From Vibrio vulnificus CMCP6 (GTDB taxonomy: Bacteria > Pseudomonadota > Gammaproteobacteria > Enterobacterales > Vibrionaceae), in the NCBI RefSeq assembly GCF_000039765.1, contig NC_004459.3:2631127-2663126 (forward strand): a stretch of 32,000 bases of DNA. The letters are read 5' to 3'. The number at the start of each line of letters is the position of its first letter. Position 1 is the stretch's first letter. The notes beneath the pieces are model-generated. The model did no database searches and was not told the origin of the DNA. It was given only the letters and a program-made list of their open reading frames with translations. A program made the translations under genes and the position numbers. Of the stretch, positions 19,233 to 28,241 are shown one piece after another.

Positions 19233-19246
19233 TTGATATACGTCAA
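19233..19246 (-). promoter_or_regulatory. Candidate FNR box upstream of fnr (autoregulation)
   Basis: TTGAT-ATAC-GTCAA matches the FNR consensus TTGATNNNNATCAA at 9 of 10 defined positions and sits 17-30 nt upstream of the fnr start. Confidence 0.65.
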
Positions 19247-19302
19247 TATTTTAGCACTGGTTAATACTAAAGGATAGTAAAAAAAAGTGCGTCATCTTCA
19301 GG

Positions 19303-19980
19303 TTAGTTGATCAAGTGTAACAATTTTAGTGCGTCGTAAGCGGTGTAAAGACCATAGATCATGAGCATTAACGCAGTGATATGTCGAAATGTTAACGATG
19401 ACTGAAGCTTTGCAATAAATCGCGCACCGACGCCAACAAGTAACATAGCTGGCAGAGTTCCAAATCCAAAAGCCAGCATGATAATCGCACCATTGTAATA
19501 ACTACCAGATACCGCCGACCACGTCAGTGCAGAATAGACTAAACCACATGGTAACCATCCCCAAACAAAGCCATAAGGGAATGCTTGTAAGGGATGTTGA
19601 ATAGGTAGGAGGCGAGCGGTTATTGGTTTGATCCATCCCCATATAGATTGCCCAGCTTTTTCGACGAACAAGAGTGCATTCCATATCTTGGAGATATACA
19701 GAGCAACGAGAATCATGAAAAATGCCGCAATCAACCTTAGCCAAGCTAAAGACTGATTTAAGCCACTGAGCTCAGCTAATGATGAGACAGCTCCACCAAT
19801 CAATGCACCAAATAATGCATAGCTAGTGAGGCGTCCAAGATTATAAAGAAGGGTGTTGCGAATAGGAGAGGCTTGTTGCTGTCCTAGATTAAGTAAAGAA
19901 GCGATACCGCCGCACATTCCAATGCAATGACCGGCCCCGGCAAGGCCGATCATAAAGGCTCCAATAACATCTGGTGCCAT
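19303..19980 (-). CDS. TauE/SafE-like membrane protein linked to the cbb3 oxidase assembly genes
   Basis: GLAGAGHCIGMCGGI and PYGFVWGWLPCGLVYSAL motifs, 6 TM. ATG at 19980 overlaps the ccoS stop as TGATG; the track start at 19983 is TTG. Confidence 0.88.
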   Translation of the reverse strand: MAPDVIGAFMIGLAGAGHCIGMCGGIASLLNLGQQQASPIRNTLLYNLGRLTSYALFGALIGGAVSSLAELSGLNQSLAWLRLIAAFFMILVALYISKIWNALLFVEKAGQSIWGWIKPITARLLPIQHPLQAFPYGFVWGWLPCGLVYSALTWSAVSGSYYNGAIIMLAFGFGTLPAMLLVGVGARFIAKLQSSLTFRHITALMLMIYGLYTAYDALKLLHLIN

Positions 19981-20150
19981 CAAGATTTCTCTTTTTCCGT
20001 CGGCTTGACATGCTCTTCATCGAACAAAATGTTACTGCCTTGCCTTTCGAGATCTTCAAACTGCTCGCTTTTTACCGCCCAAAGAAATATCGCTACAGCA
20101 ACACAAACCAACACAATTGCAATTGGGATAAGAAGATACAAACTTTCCAT
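19980..20150 (-). CDS. ccoS: cbb3-type cytochrome oxidase assembly protein CcoS (56 aa, not in the supplied ORF track)
   Basis: Hand translation of minus strand: MESLYLLIPIAIVLVCVAVAIFLWAVKSEQFEDLERQGSNILFDEEHVKPTEKEKS*. The FLWAVKSGQF(E/D)DLE...ILFD-type signature is typical of CcoS. Confidence 0.95.
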   Translation of the reverse strand: MESLYLLIPIAIVLVCVAVAIFLWAVKSEQFEDLERQGSNILFDEEHVKPTEKEKS

Positions 20151-20153
20151 TGT

Positions 20154-22523
20154 TTACTTTCCACGCTCTTTGAGCAGTCTTAAGGAGTTAGAGACCACTA
20201 TTATAGAGCTACCAGACATTCCTACAACCGCAATATAAGGCGCAACCAAACCAGCGACAGCCAAAGGTAGAATCAATAGGTTATAACCCAATGACCAAGC
20301 GAGATTTTCCTTTATGATTCGTCGAGCTCTTAACGCCAACTCTCGAGCCTCTAGGAGCTTATCTAAACGATCCCCAAGCAGCGTCATATCAGCAGACGCC
20401 TTAGCGACATCAGTACCACTGCCCATTGCTACAGATAAATGCGCACCAGCTAGTGTTGGAGCATCGTTGATGCCGTCACCAACCATCATCGTGATATCGT
20501 TCTCTTCCAATCCTTTGAGATACGCTAGTTTATCCTCCGGTTTCGCTGACGCGATAACGTGCTCAATTCCAACGGCCTTTGCGACACCCTCAGCATTGGC
20601 AGCCGAGTCTCCCGTTAACAAAGTGGTTTTGATACCTGCTTGGGCAAACTTTTCAATGAGCTTGTGGCTCTCTTTCCGAACTGGATCATGGTAATAGAAT
20701 GTTGCCACATGCTTACCATCAATGGACATATAAACCGCATTTTTTTCTAATGCGGCTCTACCTAGAACGAACGCCGCGCTGCCAATGTTTATCGCCTTAT
20801 TATCCCAAGTTCCGGAAATGCCGGAGCCAATGATGTTGACCACATCACTAACCTGGAAATCTGTATCAAAATAAGGTTTGAAAGCACGGGCAATAGGGTG
20901 ATTGGCATGGCTTTCTAAGCTAGCTGCTAACGCAAGACACGTTCCTTTATTGAACTCATCGAAGGTTTTTGTATCTTCGATTTCAATGTCGCCTTTGGTC
21001 AGCGTGCCTGTTTTATCGATCACTAAATGGTTAACTTTACACAAGGTTTCAAATACATGTCCTTTTCGCAATAGGATACCAAAGTTACCCATTCGAGACG
21101 TGGCGCACGTTAGTGCCGTTGGTGTTGCAAGAGAAAGCGCGCATGGGCAAGTCGCCACAAGAACAGACAGCATAATCCAAAATGCGTCCTCAGGTTTTGT
21201 TTGGTGCCAATAGAACCAAGTGGCTGCGGAAATAAGCAAAATAGCACCAACAAAATAACGCGCCACTACGTCTGCCACTTCGGCAATTTTGGGCTTAGAG
21301 TGCTGCGCTTCATCTTGAAGCCGAACGATATTAGAAATCACCGAATCCGCTTTCGAGCTCGTTACCTGCAAAACAAACGACTCATCGCCATTGAGGGTAC
21401 CAGCAAAAACAGCGTCATCAGCGCGCTTGACGACATGCACTGATTCTCCAGTTAGCATTGATTCGTCAATATGGATTCGTCCTTCAACGACAAAACCATC
21501 GGCGGGTATATGCTCACCGGGTAAAACTCGGACTTGATCACCAATTTTTAAGCTCTTTACCGGCACTTGCTTGCCATCCAACGTTGTGGCGATAGCAGGA
21601 ATCAGTTTAAGCAAATTACCACTTGCAGCCGCCGCTTTTCGACGAGCTCGCATTTCTAAAAAGCGCCCAACTAACAAGAAAAAAGTGAACATTGAGATGG
21701 ACTCAAAAAACACTTCCCCTTGTTCTGTGACGGTTGCCACTAAGCTCGCACAATATGCAAAAATCAAGGCAATGGATACAGGCACATCCATCCCCAAGGT
21801 TCTTCCTTTAATACTGCGCCAAGCATTTAGGTAAAATGGTAGGGCAGAGTAAAGCAACACTGGTGTTGCAAAAATCAAACTCACCCAACGAAAGTAATTC
21901 TTAAACTCTGGTTCAAGATCGCCAAAAACTTCCAAATACAATGCAACGGCCAGCATCATCACTTGCATTGTCGCCAGTCCCGCTATGCCGAGTCGATAAA
22001 GATACTGCTTCATCGTCGCATGATATGAGGCCTCTTGTTTATCCGCTTCAAAAGGGGCGGCTTTGTAGCCTAGAGCATGAATGCCGGAAAGAAGCTCACT
22101 CAGTTTTGTTTTGGATTTATCCCAAGAGAGCAGTGCTCGATTCGTGGTGGTATTTACCTTAATTGACACCACACCCGTTTGACCATTCACTTGTTTTTCA
22201 ATTAACCACGCGCACGCCGCACAAGAAACGCCTTCTAAAGAAAGCATCACTTCACAATAATTGTCGTTGCTGCGCACAAACTCGGCTTGAACTTCCTCGT
22301 TGTCGTAATGAATGAGGGCCTTGAGTTGCTCAGGCACCAACTCCACTTTTTCTGCTGGCGCGGTTCGATATTGGTAATAAGAAACGAGGCCATTATCCAC
22401 GATTGTTTGCGCCACGGTCTCACAACCTGGGCAACACATTTCGCGAGTTTCACCTAAGATTTCAACTTTAAAATCCGTGTTGACCGGTACATCTTCACCA
22501 CAGTGATAACAGGATTGTGTCAT
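20154..22523 (-). CDS. ccoI: Copper-translocating P-type ATPase CcoI
   Basis: CSGC-like N-terminus (CPGCETVAQTI), HMA GVSCAACAW, TM CPCALSLATPT, phosphorylation site DKTGTLT, GDGINDAPTL. Confidence 0.95.
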   Translation of the reverse strand: MTQSCYHCGEDVPVNTDFKVEILGETREMCCPGCETVAQTIVDNGLVSYYQYRTAPAEKVELVPEQLKALIHYDNEEVQAEFVRSNDNYCEVMLSLEGVSCAACAWLIEKQVNGQTGVVSIKVNTTTNRALLSWDKSKTKLSELLSGIHALGYKAAPFEADKQEASYHATMKQYLYRLGIAGLATMQVMMLAVALYLEVFGDLEPEFKNYFRWVSLIFATPVLLYSALPFYLNAWRSIKGRTLGMDVPVSIALIFAYCASLVATVTEQGEVFFESISMFTFFLLVGRFLEMRARRKAAAASGNLLKLIPAIATTLDGKQVPVKSLKIGDQVRVLPGEHIPADGFVVEGRIHIDESMLTGESVHVVKRADDAVFAGTLNGDESFVLQVTSSKADSVISNIVRLQDEAQHSKPKIAEVADVVARYFVGAILLISAATWFYWHQTKPEDAFWIMLSVLVATCPCALSLATPTALTCATSRMGNFGILLRKGHVFETLCKVNHLVIDKTGTLTKGDIEIEDTKTFDEFNKGTCLALAASLESHANHPIARAFKPYFDTDFQVSDVVNIIGSGISGTWDNKAINIGSAAFVLGRAALEKNAVYMSIDGKHVATFYYHDPVRKESHKLIEKFAQAGIKTTLLTGDSAANAEGVAKAVGIEHVIASAKPEDKLAYLKGLEENDITMMVGDGINDAPTLAGAHLSVAMGSGTDVAKASADMTLLGDRLDKLLEARELALRARRIIKENLAWSLGYNLLILPLAVAGLVAPYIAVVGMSGSSIIVVSNSLRLLKERGK

Positions 22524-22527
22524 AGTC

Positions 22528-23004
22528 TTAGTTCATCAAAACAGTTGCGGAAGAAGGGAAAGTAACGCGACCTTGAACTAACCACTTTTGGTCATGTGGT
22601 TGAAGCTCAATAAACCAAGGCCCTTCCATTTTGTGATCCAGCGATAAGCGATAGACACCTTTGGCATCCGCCGTGAGCAATTGTGTGAAATCTCGGTCGG
22701 GTAGAGTGCGATGTGTAAATGTTGCGGTCAACGCAGGAAAATGAGGAAGATCACCTTTGCTGAATTCGATAACAATGACATTGTTATCTGAAGAAACGGT
22801 GGCATTCAACCCCAGTTCTTTCGCGACATTCAGTTTACTAATGTCTATATTGATCCCTTTACCTTTTTTATAGTAATCCTCCGCGACAAGAGAGACTGAG
22901 TTTTGTGAAAAAATTACCACTGTCACGATCGTCCACACTACCACTGTCAGTGGCAAAATGATCAGAAACCACGGCCAAAACTGTTTATACCAAGGCTTTA
23001 CCAT
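22528..23004 (-). CDS. ccoH: FixH/CcoH family cbb3 oxidase assembly protein
   Basis: MVKPWYKQFWPWFLIILPLTVVVWTIVTV and VSLVAEDYYKKGKGINIDI, located between ccoP and ccoI. Confidence 0.9.
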   Translation of the reverse strand: MVKPWYKQFWPWFLIILPLTVVVWTIVTVVIFSQNSVSLVAEDYYKKGKGINIDISKLNVAKELGLNATVSSDNNVIVIEFSKGDLPHFPALTATFTHRTLPDRDFTQLLTADAKGVYRLSLDHKMEGPWFIELQPHDQKWLVQGRVTFPSSATVLMN

Positions 23005-23057
23005 AAAAAAGTTCTCAACAACTAAATGAAAGATAAGGGCTTTAATTTAAAGGAAAG

Positions 23058-23080
23058 ACAGCCCCTTAAAAAGGGGCTGT
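23058..23080 (-). terminator. Hairpin between ccoP and ccoH, possible terminator or attenuator
   Basis: ACAGCCCCTT-AAA-AAGGGGCTGT, a 10-bp stem. Minus strand continues into CTTTCCTTT. Confidence 0.6.
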
Positions 23081-23090
23081 TATTGAAATG

Positions 23091-24068
23091 TTACTTATTA
23101 TTTTCGCCGTTGCTTAGGCTCCAAACATACGCTGAAACAAGCTGAACTTTGTCCTCGCCTAGAATGTCTTTCCAGGCTGGCATGACACCAGAACGTCCGT
23201 TCATAACGGTTTCAGTAATGTCTGCGCGAGAATCACCAAACAACCAATCTTTGTCTGTTAGATCAGGCGCACCTACTGCTGGGTTACCTTTACCATCAGT
23301 ACCGTGACACGCTGCACAGACAACGAAACGAGCTTTACCTGCTTCGGCTTCTCGCGCATTCACTTTACGACCAGACAAACTCAAAACGTAGCTCACAACT
23401 TCTTCTACGCCTTGCTCACCAAGTGCATCTTTCCACGCTGGCATTTGGCCAATACGACCATGCATGATTGTTGTTACGATAGCTTGAGGTTCACCACCGT
23501 ACAACCAAGCATTGTCTGTAAGGTTAGGGAAACCTTTCTGACCGCGCGCATCGGAACCATGACACTGAGAACAGTTTTGTAGGAATAGGCGTTGGCCTAC
23601 CTTTAACGCCTCATCATCACCTGCAATAGCTGGGATAGGGCGTAAGCCGTTGTCATCAAACGCCAAGCGACGGAATGCTTCACCAAAGTATGCATCAGCA
23701 TCATCCAACTCTTTTGCGTATTGGTTCAGTTGTTTGTTTGATTGAGCGTTGGCGATGGCTTGCTTAGACTCTTCAACCGTTCGAACTGTCTGAGCAGAAC
23801 TTTGCCAACCCAAAACACCTTTAAAATTACCCAAGCCTGGGAACAGGGTTAGGTAAACCGCTGCAAAAATAAATGTACCTACGAACAAGTAAGTCCACCA
23901 TTTTGGCAGTGGGTTATTTAGCTCGCGAATACCGTCGTACTCGTGGCCCATATCTGCACCTTCTTCCACGCCCATTTTATCTTTAGCGCACCAGTAAAGA
24001 AGTACAGCACAGCCAACAAGCGTACCGACAGTAATCACGATAATCCAGAGACTCCAGAATGTAGTCAT
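23091..24068 (-). CDS. ccoP: cbb3-type cytochrome c oxidase subunit III (dihaem CcoP)
   Basis: Two CxxCH haem motifs (CSQCHG, CAACHG) and N-terminal TM segment. Confidence 0.96.
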   Translation of the reverse strand: MTTFWSLWIIVITVGTLVGCAVLLYWCAKDKMGVEEGADMGHEYDGIRELNNPLPKWWTYLFVGTFIFAAVYLTLFPGLGNFKGVLGWQSSAQTVRTVEESKQAIANAQSNKQLNQYAKELDDADAYFGEAFRRLAFDDNGLRPIPAIAGDDEALKVGQRLFLQNCSQCHGSDARGQKGFPNLTDNAWLYGGEPQAIVTTIMHGRIGQMPAWKDALGEQGVEEVVSYVLSLSGRKVNAREAEAGKARFVVCAACHGTDGKGNPAVGAPDLTDKDWLFGDSRADITETVMNGRSGVMPAWKDILGEDKVQLVSAYVWSLSNGENNK

Positions 24069-24241
24069 TACTTCGTCACTCCTTGTTTAGTTGGGCTAGA
24101 TTTCTCTTCATCAGCAAAAACAAGGTTGGCGGCCTCATCAAAACTCGCTTTACGCTTTTTGCTGTATGCCCAAGCAACAATGCCAATAAAACTAACGAAA
24201 AGTACAACGGTATAAATACTGTGAATTGTACCGAAATCCAT
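24068..24241 (-). CDS. ccoQ: cbb3-type oxidase small subunit CcoQ (57 aa, not in the supplied ORF track)
   Basis: Hand translation of minus strand: MDFGTIHSIYTVVLFVSFIGIVAWAYSKKRKASFDEAANLVFADEEKSSPTKQGVTK*. Located between ccoO and ccoP, with TAATG overlap into ccoP. Confidence 0.94.
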   Translation of the reverse strand: MDFGTIHSIYTVVLFVSFIGIVAWAYSKKRKASFDEAANLVFADEEKSSPTKQGVTK

Positions 24242-24252
24242 GATATGCCCCC

Positions 24253-24873
24253 TTATTTCATCGCATGACCAAGAGACTGAAGGTAAGCGATGATGGCATC
24301 CATCTCCGTTTTTCCTTCAACATCTTTGGATGCGTTTGCAATCTGCTCATCAGTGTATGGAACACCAAACTGATTACGGAACACTTCCAATTTTTTCTGG
24401 GTCAATTTGCCATCTAGTACGTTCTCAGCTAGCCATGGGAAACCAGGCATGTTTGATTCAGGTACTAGCTCACGAGGGTCTAACAAGTGAACGCGATGCC
24501 ACTCATCTGAGTAACGACCACCAACACGTGCCAAATCAGGGCCTGTACGCTTAGAACCCCAAAGGAAAGGGTGCTCCCAAACGCTTTCACCAGCGACTGA
24601 GTAATGACCGTATCGTTCTGTTTCTGAACGGAAAGGACGAATCATTTGACTATGGCAAACGTTACAGCCTTCACGGATGTAAATATCGCGACCTTCCATC
24701 TCTAGAGCAGAATAAGCACGTAGATTTTCTACAGGCTCAGTTGTTTGTTTTTGGAAAATCAACGGTGTGATCTCAACAAGAGCACCCCAACTGATTGCAA
24801 AAACGATAAAGATAGCCAACAAACCGACATTACGTTCAATGATCTCGTGGCGATTATTAGAATTAGAACTCAT
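24253..24873 (-). CDS. ccoO: cbb3-type cytochrome c oxidase subunit II CcoO
   Basis: [26 protein letters not shown] with a CxxCH haem motif. Confidence 0.96.
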   Translation of the reverse strand: MSSNSNNRHEIIERNVGLLAIFIVFAISWGALVEITPLIFQKQTTEPVENLRAYSALEMEGRDIYIREGCNVCHSQMIRPFRSETERYGHYSVAGESVWEHPFLWGSKRTGPDLARVGGRYSDEWHRVHLLDPRELVPESNMPGFPWLAENVLDGKLTQKKLEVFRNQFGVPYTDEQIANASKDVEGKTEMDAIIAYLQSLGHAMK

Positions 24874-24885
24874 TCTTCAATCTCC

Positions 24886-26313
24886 TTATGCCGGCTGTGC
24901 AACTGCTTTTAAGCTTTGCTTAGGTGCAGTCACTGTTTTGTACGTGTTGTATGCCATTAGGAACATACCCGATAGGAAGATGAAACCACCTAAGAAACGT
25001 ACGAAGTAGAATGGGTAAGAAGCCTCAACAGATTCCACGAAGCTGTAAGTCAACGTACCGTCAGAGTTGACTGCACGCCACATCAGACCCTGCATAACAC
25101 CAGAGATCCACATTGCAACGATGTACAGTACTGTACCGATAGTCGCCAACCAGAAGTGAACATTGATTAGGCTTACTGAGTACATGCGCTCTTGGTTAAA
25201 TAGGCGAGGGATCAAGTGGTAAACCGAACCGATTGATACCATTGCAACCCAACCCAACGCACCTGAGTGAACGTGACCAACAGTCCAGTCGGTGTAGTGT
25301 GACAATGCGTTCACCGTCTTAATTGACATCATAGGACCTTCGAAAGTCGACATGCCATAGAAAGAAAGTGAAACGATCAAGAAACGCAAAATTGGGTCGT
25401 AACGTAGCTTATGCCACGCACCAGACAGGGTCATAATACCGTTGATCATACCACCCCAAGATGGAGCGAATAGAACCAAAGACATAACCATACCTAGAGA
25501 CTGAGTCCAGTCAGGTAGTGCTGTGTAATGTAAGTGGTGAGGACCAGCCCAGATATACAAAGAAACAAGAGCCCAGAAGTGGACAATTGACAAACGGTAT
25601 GAGTAAACAGGACGCTCAGCTTGCTTTGGTACAAAGTAGTACATCATACCAAGGAAACCCGCTGTAAGAAGGAAACCTACCGCATTGTGACCGTACCACC
25701 ATTGAACCATCGCATCTACTGCACCTGAGTAAATCGAGTAAGATTTACCAAGTGAAACAGGGATTGCCATGCTGTTCACAATGTGAAGCACTGCCACGGT
25801 AATGATAAAGGCACCAAAGAACCAGTTTGCTACGTAAATGTGAGAAGTATTACGTTTCACTAAGGTTCCAAAGAAAACAACCGCGTATGAAACCCATACG
25901 ACTGCGATTGCAATATCAATTGGCCATTCAAGTTCTGCATATTCTTTACCGGAGGTTAAACCCAGTGGCAAAGTGATTGCAGCGGCAAGAATAATAGCCT
26001 GCCAACCCCAGAAGGTGAAGGCGACGAGAGGACCACCAAATAGACGAGTTTGACAGGTGCGCTGTACAACATAGTATGACGTTGCGAACAAGGCACTTGT
26101 ACCAAACGCGAAAATGACCGCGTTAGTATGCAGGGGACGTAAACGACTGTACGTCAACCACGGCGTATCAAAGTTGAGCTGTGGCCATACTAATTGAGCG
26201 GCAATCAAAACACCAACAGCCATGCCAACAATACCCCATAAAATGGTCACAAGGGTAAATTGACGAACGACTGTATAGTTGTAGTTTTGTTCAAGCTGCT
26301 TTTCTTGGCTCAT
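24886..26313 (-). CDS. ccoN: cbb3-type cytochrome c oxidase subunit I CcoN
   Basis: Haem-copper oxidase subunit with [18 protein letters not shown] and [15 protein letters not shown]. The ATG at 26313 has a well-spaced ggaag Shine-Dalgarno; track start is 26319. Confidence 0.96.
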   Translation of the reverse strand: MSQEKQLEQNYNYTVVRQFTLVTILWGIVGMAVGVLIAAQLVWPQLNFDTPWLTYSRLRPLHTNAVIFAFGTSALFATSYYVVQRTCQTRLFGGPLVAFTFWGWQAIILAAAITLPLGLTSGKEYAELEWPIDIAIAVVWVSYAVVFFGTLVKRNTSHIYVANWFFGAFIITVAVLHIVNSMAIPVSLGKSYSIYSGAVDAMVQWWYGHNAVGFLLTAGFLGMMYYFVPKQAERPVYSYRLSIVHFWALVSLYIWAGPHHLHYTALPDWTQSLGMVMSLVLFAPSWGGMINGIMTLSGAWHKLRYDPILRFLIVSLSFYGMSTFEGPMMSIKTVNALSHYTDWTVGHVHSGALGWVAMVSIGSVYHLIPRLFNQERMYSVSLINVHFWLATIGTVLYIVAMWISGVMQGLMWRAVNSDGTLTYSFVESVEASYPFYFVRFLGGFIFLSGMFLMAYNTYKTVTAPKQSLKAVAQPA

Positions 26314-26569
26314 TTGCATGCTTCCAATTTCTAATTAACTACACTTTACTTCCAACACGACTTGCGTCGTAACACCACCCAAATCAACTCAAGAAATACT
26401 GCGTTATCATCACTTTATTCCTCTTGCCGACTTTAAGAAAAAGTGGCATTTTCAGTGGCACACTATACTTGAATTAACAATTCAATGACAGAGTAGTAAC
26501 CTTACTGACGCTCTGGAAATCATCTTTTATTTAAAAACTTTGAAGTTTGTAACAAGGAAAACTGAAAAA

Positions 26570-26926
26570 ATGCCGGCACAAAAGTTAACAAAGGCAAGGC
26601 TTGCACAAATATTAATCATGCTCACGATATTAGTGGTGGCGTTTATATGGAGGTCGTTGAGTTATCAACCGCTGGAAGAGATTGATTGTTCACAAAAAGA
26701 ACGATGCGAGTTAACACTTGATAACAGTAAAATGATTATTTATCGCGCTAGCCACCAAATTAAGATCCAAACAGATAAAAACAATAATTTAAAAATTGAT
26801 TTAGATCAAAATAAAGCATCAAATATACCATTCAGCGATAACATCATTTTATTAGATGCAAGCACTGCTACATCAATAAAAATACGTAATAAAGACAATA
26901 CGACCATTGCGGTTATTGTTCTATAA
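26570..26926 (+). CDS. Small hypothetical protein with one N-terminal TM helix
   Basis: MPAQKLTKARLAQILIMLTILVVAFIWRSLSYQ. ATG at 26570 is preceded by aaggaaa; the track start at 26540 is TTG. Confidence 0.65.
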   Translation: MPAQKLTKARLAQILIMLTILVVAFIWRSLSYQPLEEIDCSQKERCELTLDNSKMIIYRASHQIKIQTDKNNNLKIDLDQNKASNIPFSDNIILLDASTATSIKIRNKDNTTIAVIVL

Positions 26927-27038
26927 ATCAGACTTGGCACGCGTTGTTATAGACTGGTTCAGTACTTCTCATTCAAATTAATAGAAGTGGAGTACTAGAT
27001 TGGTATAAAGTAAGGGGAGTTTTAGAAATCGTTACTAC

Positions 27039-28241
27039 GTGATGCTTTGCCAATCTGTTATTAGTCATTTGACCAACGAAGAACACGCTGTCGCTGCAAT
27101 CAAAGAGCAGATCGCTCATGATCACTTAGCGATGCTCATTTGCTACTATACCGAAGAGTATTCTAGCCATAAACTTCAACATTCTTTCCGACAACATTTT
27201 CCTGCGATTCCTGTACATGGTGCAAGTTCATGTCGCGCGATCATGACCGATAAGGGATTTCACCCAGGGCCTGTTGTTGGTGTTTTTGCTATCTATGACA
27301 GTGGTAGCAACGCTTATGGCACTGGGATATCAGACATCGACGAAAGCAGTGACAGCGTCACGGAAATTGTATTTAAAACGTTGGATATGGCACTTCACAA
27401 TGCAGACCGAGTTGGGGAAGTACCTAGTCTGATCTTACTTCATGCGACTCCAGGGAATGAGGAGTCAATCATCGAAGCTATTGACCAAAAGTTTGGAACT
27501 TTAGTACCTATTATCGGCGGAAGCGCAGCCGACAATCAGGTCAAAGGAAACTGGTCTATTTTCACAACGCAGGGAACAAGCATAAAAGGCATTAGCCTCA
27601 CGGTATTTTTCTCTTCACAATCTATCTTCACTGCGTTTAGTGCAGGCCACACGCCAACAGAATTATCGGGGCTCGTTACGAAAGTCAGCGATAGAGTTCT
27701 ACTGGAGATTGATGGTAAACCCGCAAGTTCCGTGTACAAAGATTGGACCAAAATTCATCTTGATGAGTACAACCAAGAACAATTGATCTTTGATATTGCA
27801 ACTGCGTATCCGTTAGGGCGAGTTGCAGGGCAGCTCTACGATTATCCTTACTTTAAGCTTTCACACCCAGTCAGAGAAACGACTGAAAATGGTATTGAAC
27901 TCTTTTCTACCGTCGATCTGGGAGAGCGCATCTACCTCATGCAGGGATGTAAAGATCAGCTTATCAGCCGAGCAGCACGAGTTATCAATGCGGCATTTTG
28001 GCAAAAACTAGAAGACTCTCGAAAAATAGGTGTTATTAACATTTTTTGTGCAGGCCCTATGATTCACTTAAAACACGATATCGACAGTGTTTTGAAACAA
28101 CTTCTAGATGAATTAGATGATAAACCTTTTATTTGCCCGTTTACTTTCGGCGAGCAGGGGCGCTTCGTTGGCGGTGAAAACGGGCACGGTAACTTAATGA
28201 TTTCTTCAGCTATTTTCCATTCACCGGATGAAAGTAAATAA
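27039..28241 (+). CDS. FIST-domain sensory protein, NosP-like (homolog of the V. cholerae protein encoded next to VpsS)
   Basis: PVHGASSCRAIM, PIIGGSAADNQ and FSAGHTPTE segments are typical of FIST_N/FIST_C. Overlaps the start of a hybrid histidine kinase. Confidence 0.85.
   Translation: MMLCQSVISHLTNEEHAVAAIKEQIAHDHLAMLICYYTEEYSSHKLQHSFRQHFPAIPVHGASSCRAIMTDKGFHPGPVVGVFAIYDSGSNAYGTGISDIDESSDSVTEIVFKTLDMALHNADRVGEVPSLILLHATPGNEESIIEAIDQKFGTLVPIIGGSAADNQVKGNWSIFTTQGTSIKGISLTVFFSSQSIFTAFSAGHTPTELSGLVTKVSDRVLLEIDGKPASSVYKDWTKIHLDEYNQEQLIFDIATAYPLGRVAGQLYDYPYFKLSHPVRETTENGIELFSTVDLGERIYLMQGCKDQLISRAARVINAAFWQKLEDSRKIGVINIFCAGPMIHLKHDIDSVLKQLLDELDDKPFICPFTFGEQGRFVGGENGHGNLMISSAIFHSPDESK

Noticed and set aside
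20314-21834. Plus-strand ORFs antisense to ccoI (20314..20694, 20902..21213, 21571..21834)
   Set aside because: Reverse-strand shadows of a clear P-type ATPase. No family features.
26376-26400. Sequence around aaatcaactcaagaa upstream of ccoN considered as an FNR box
   Set aside because: Only one half-site (ATCAA) is recognisable; the partner TTGAT at 4-nt spacing is missing on both strands.
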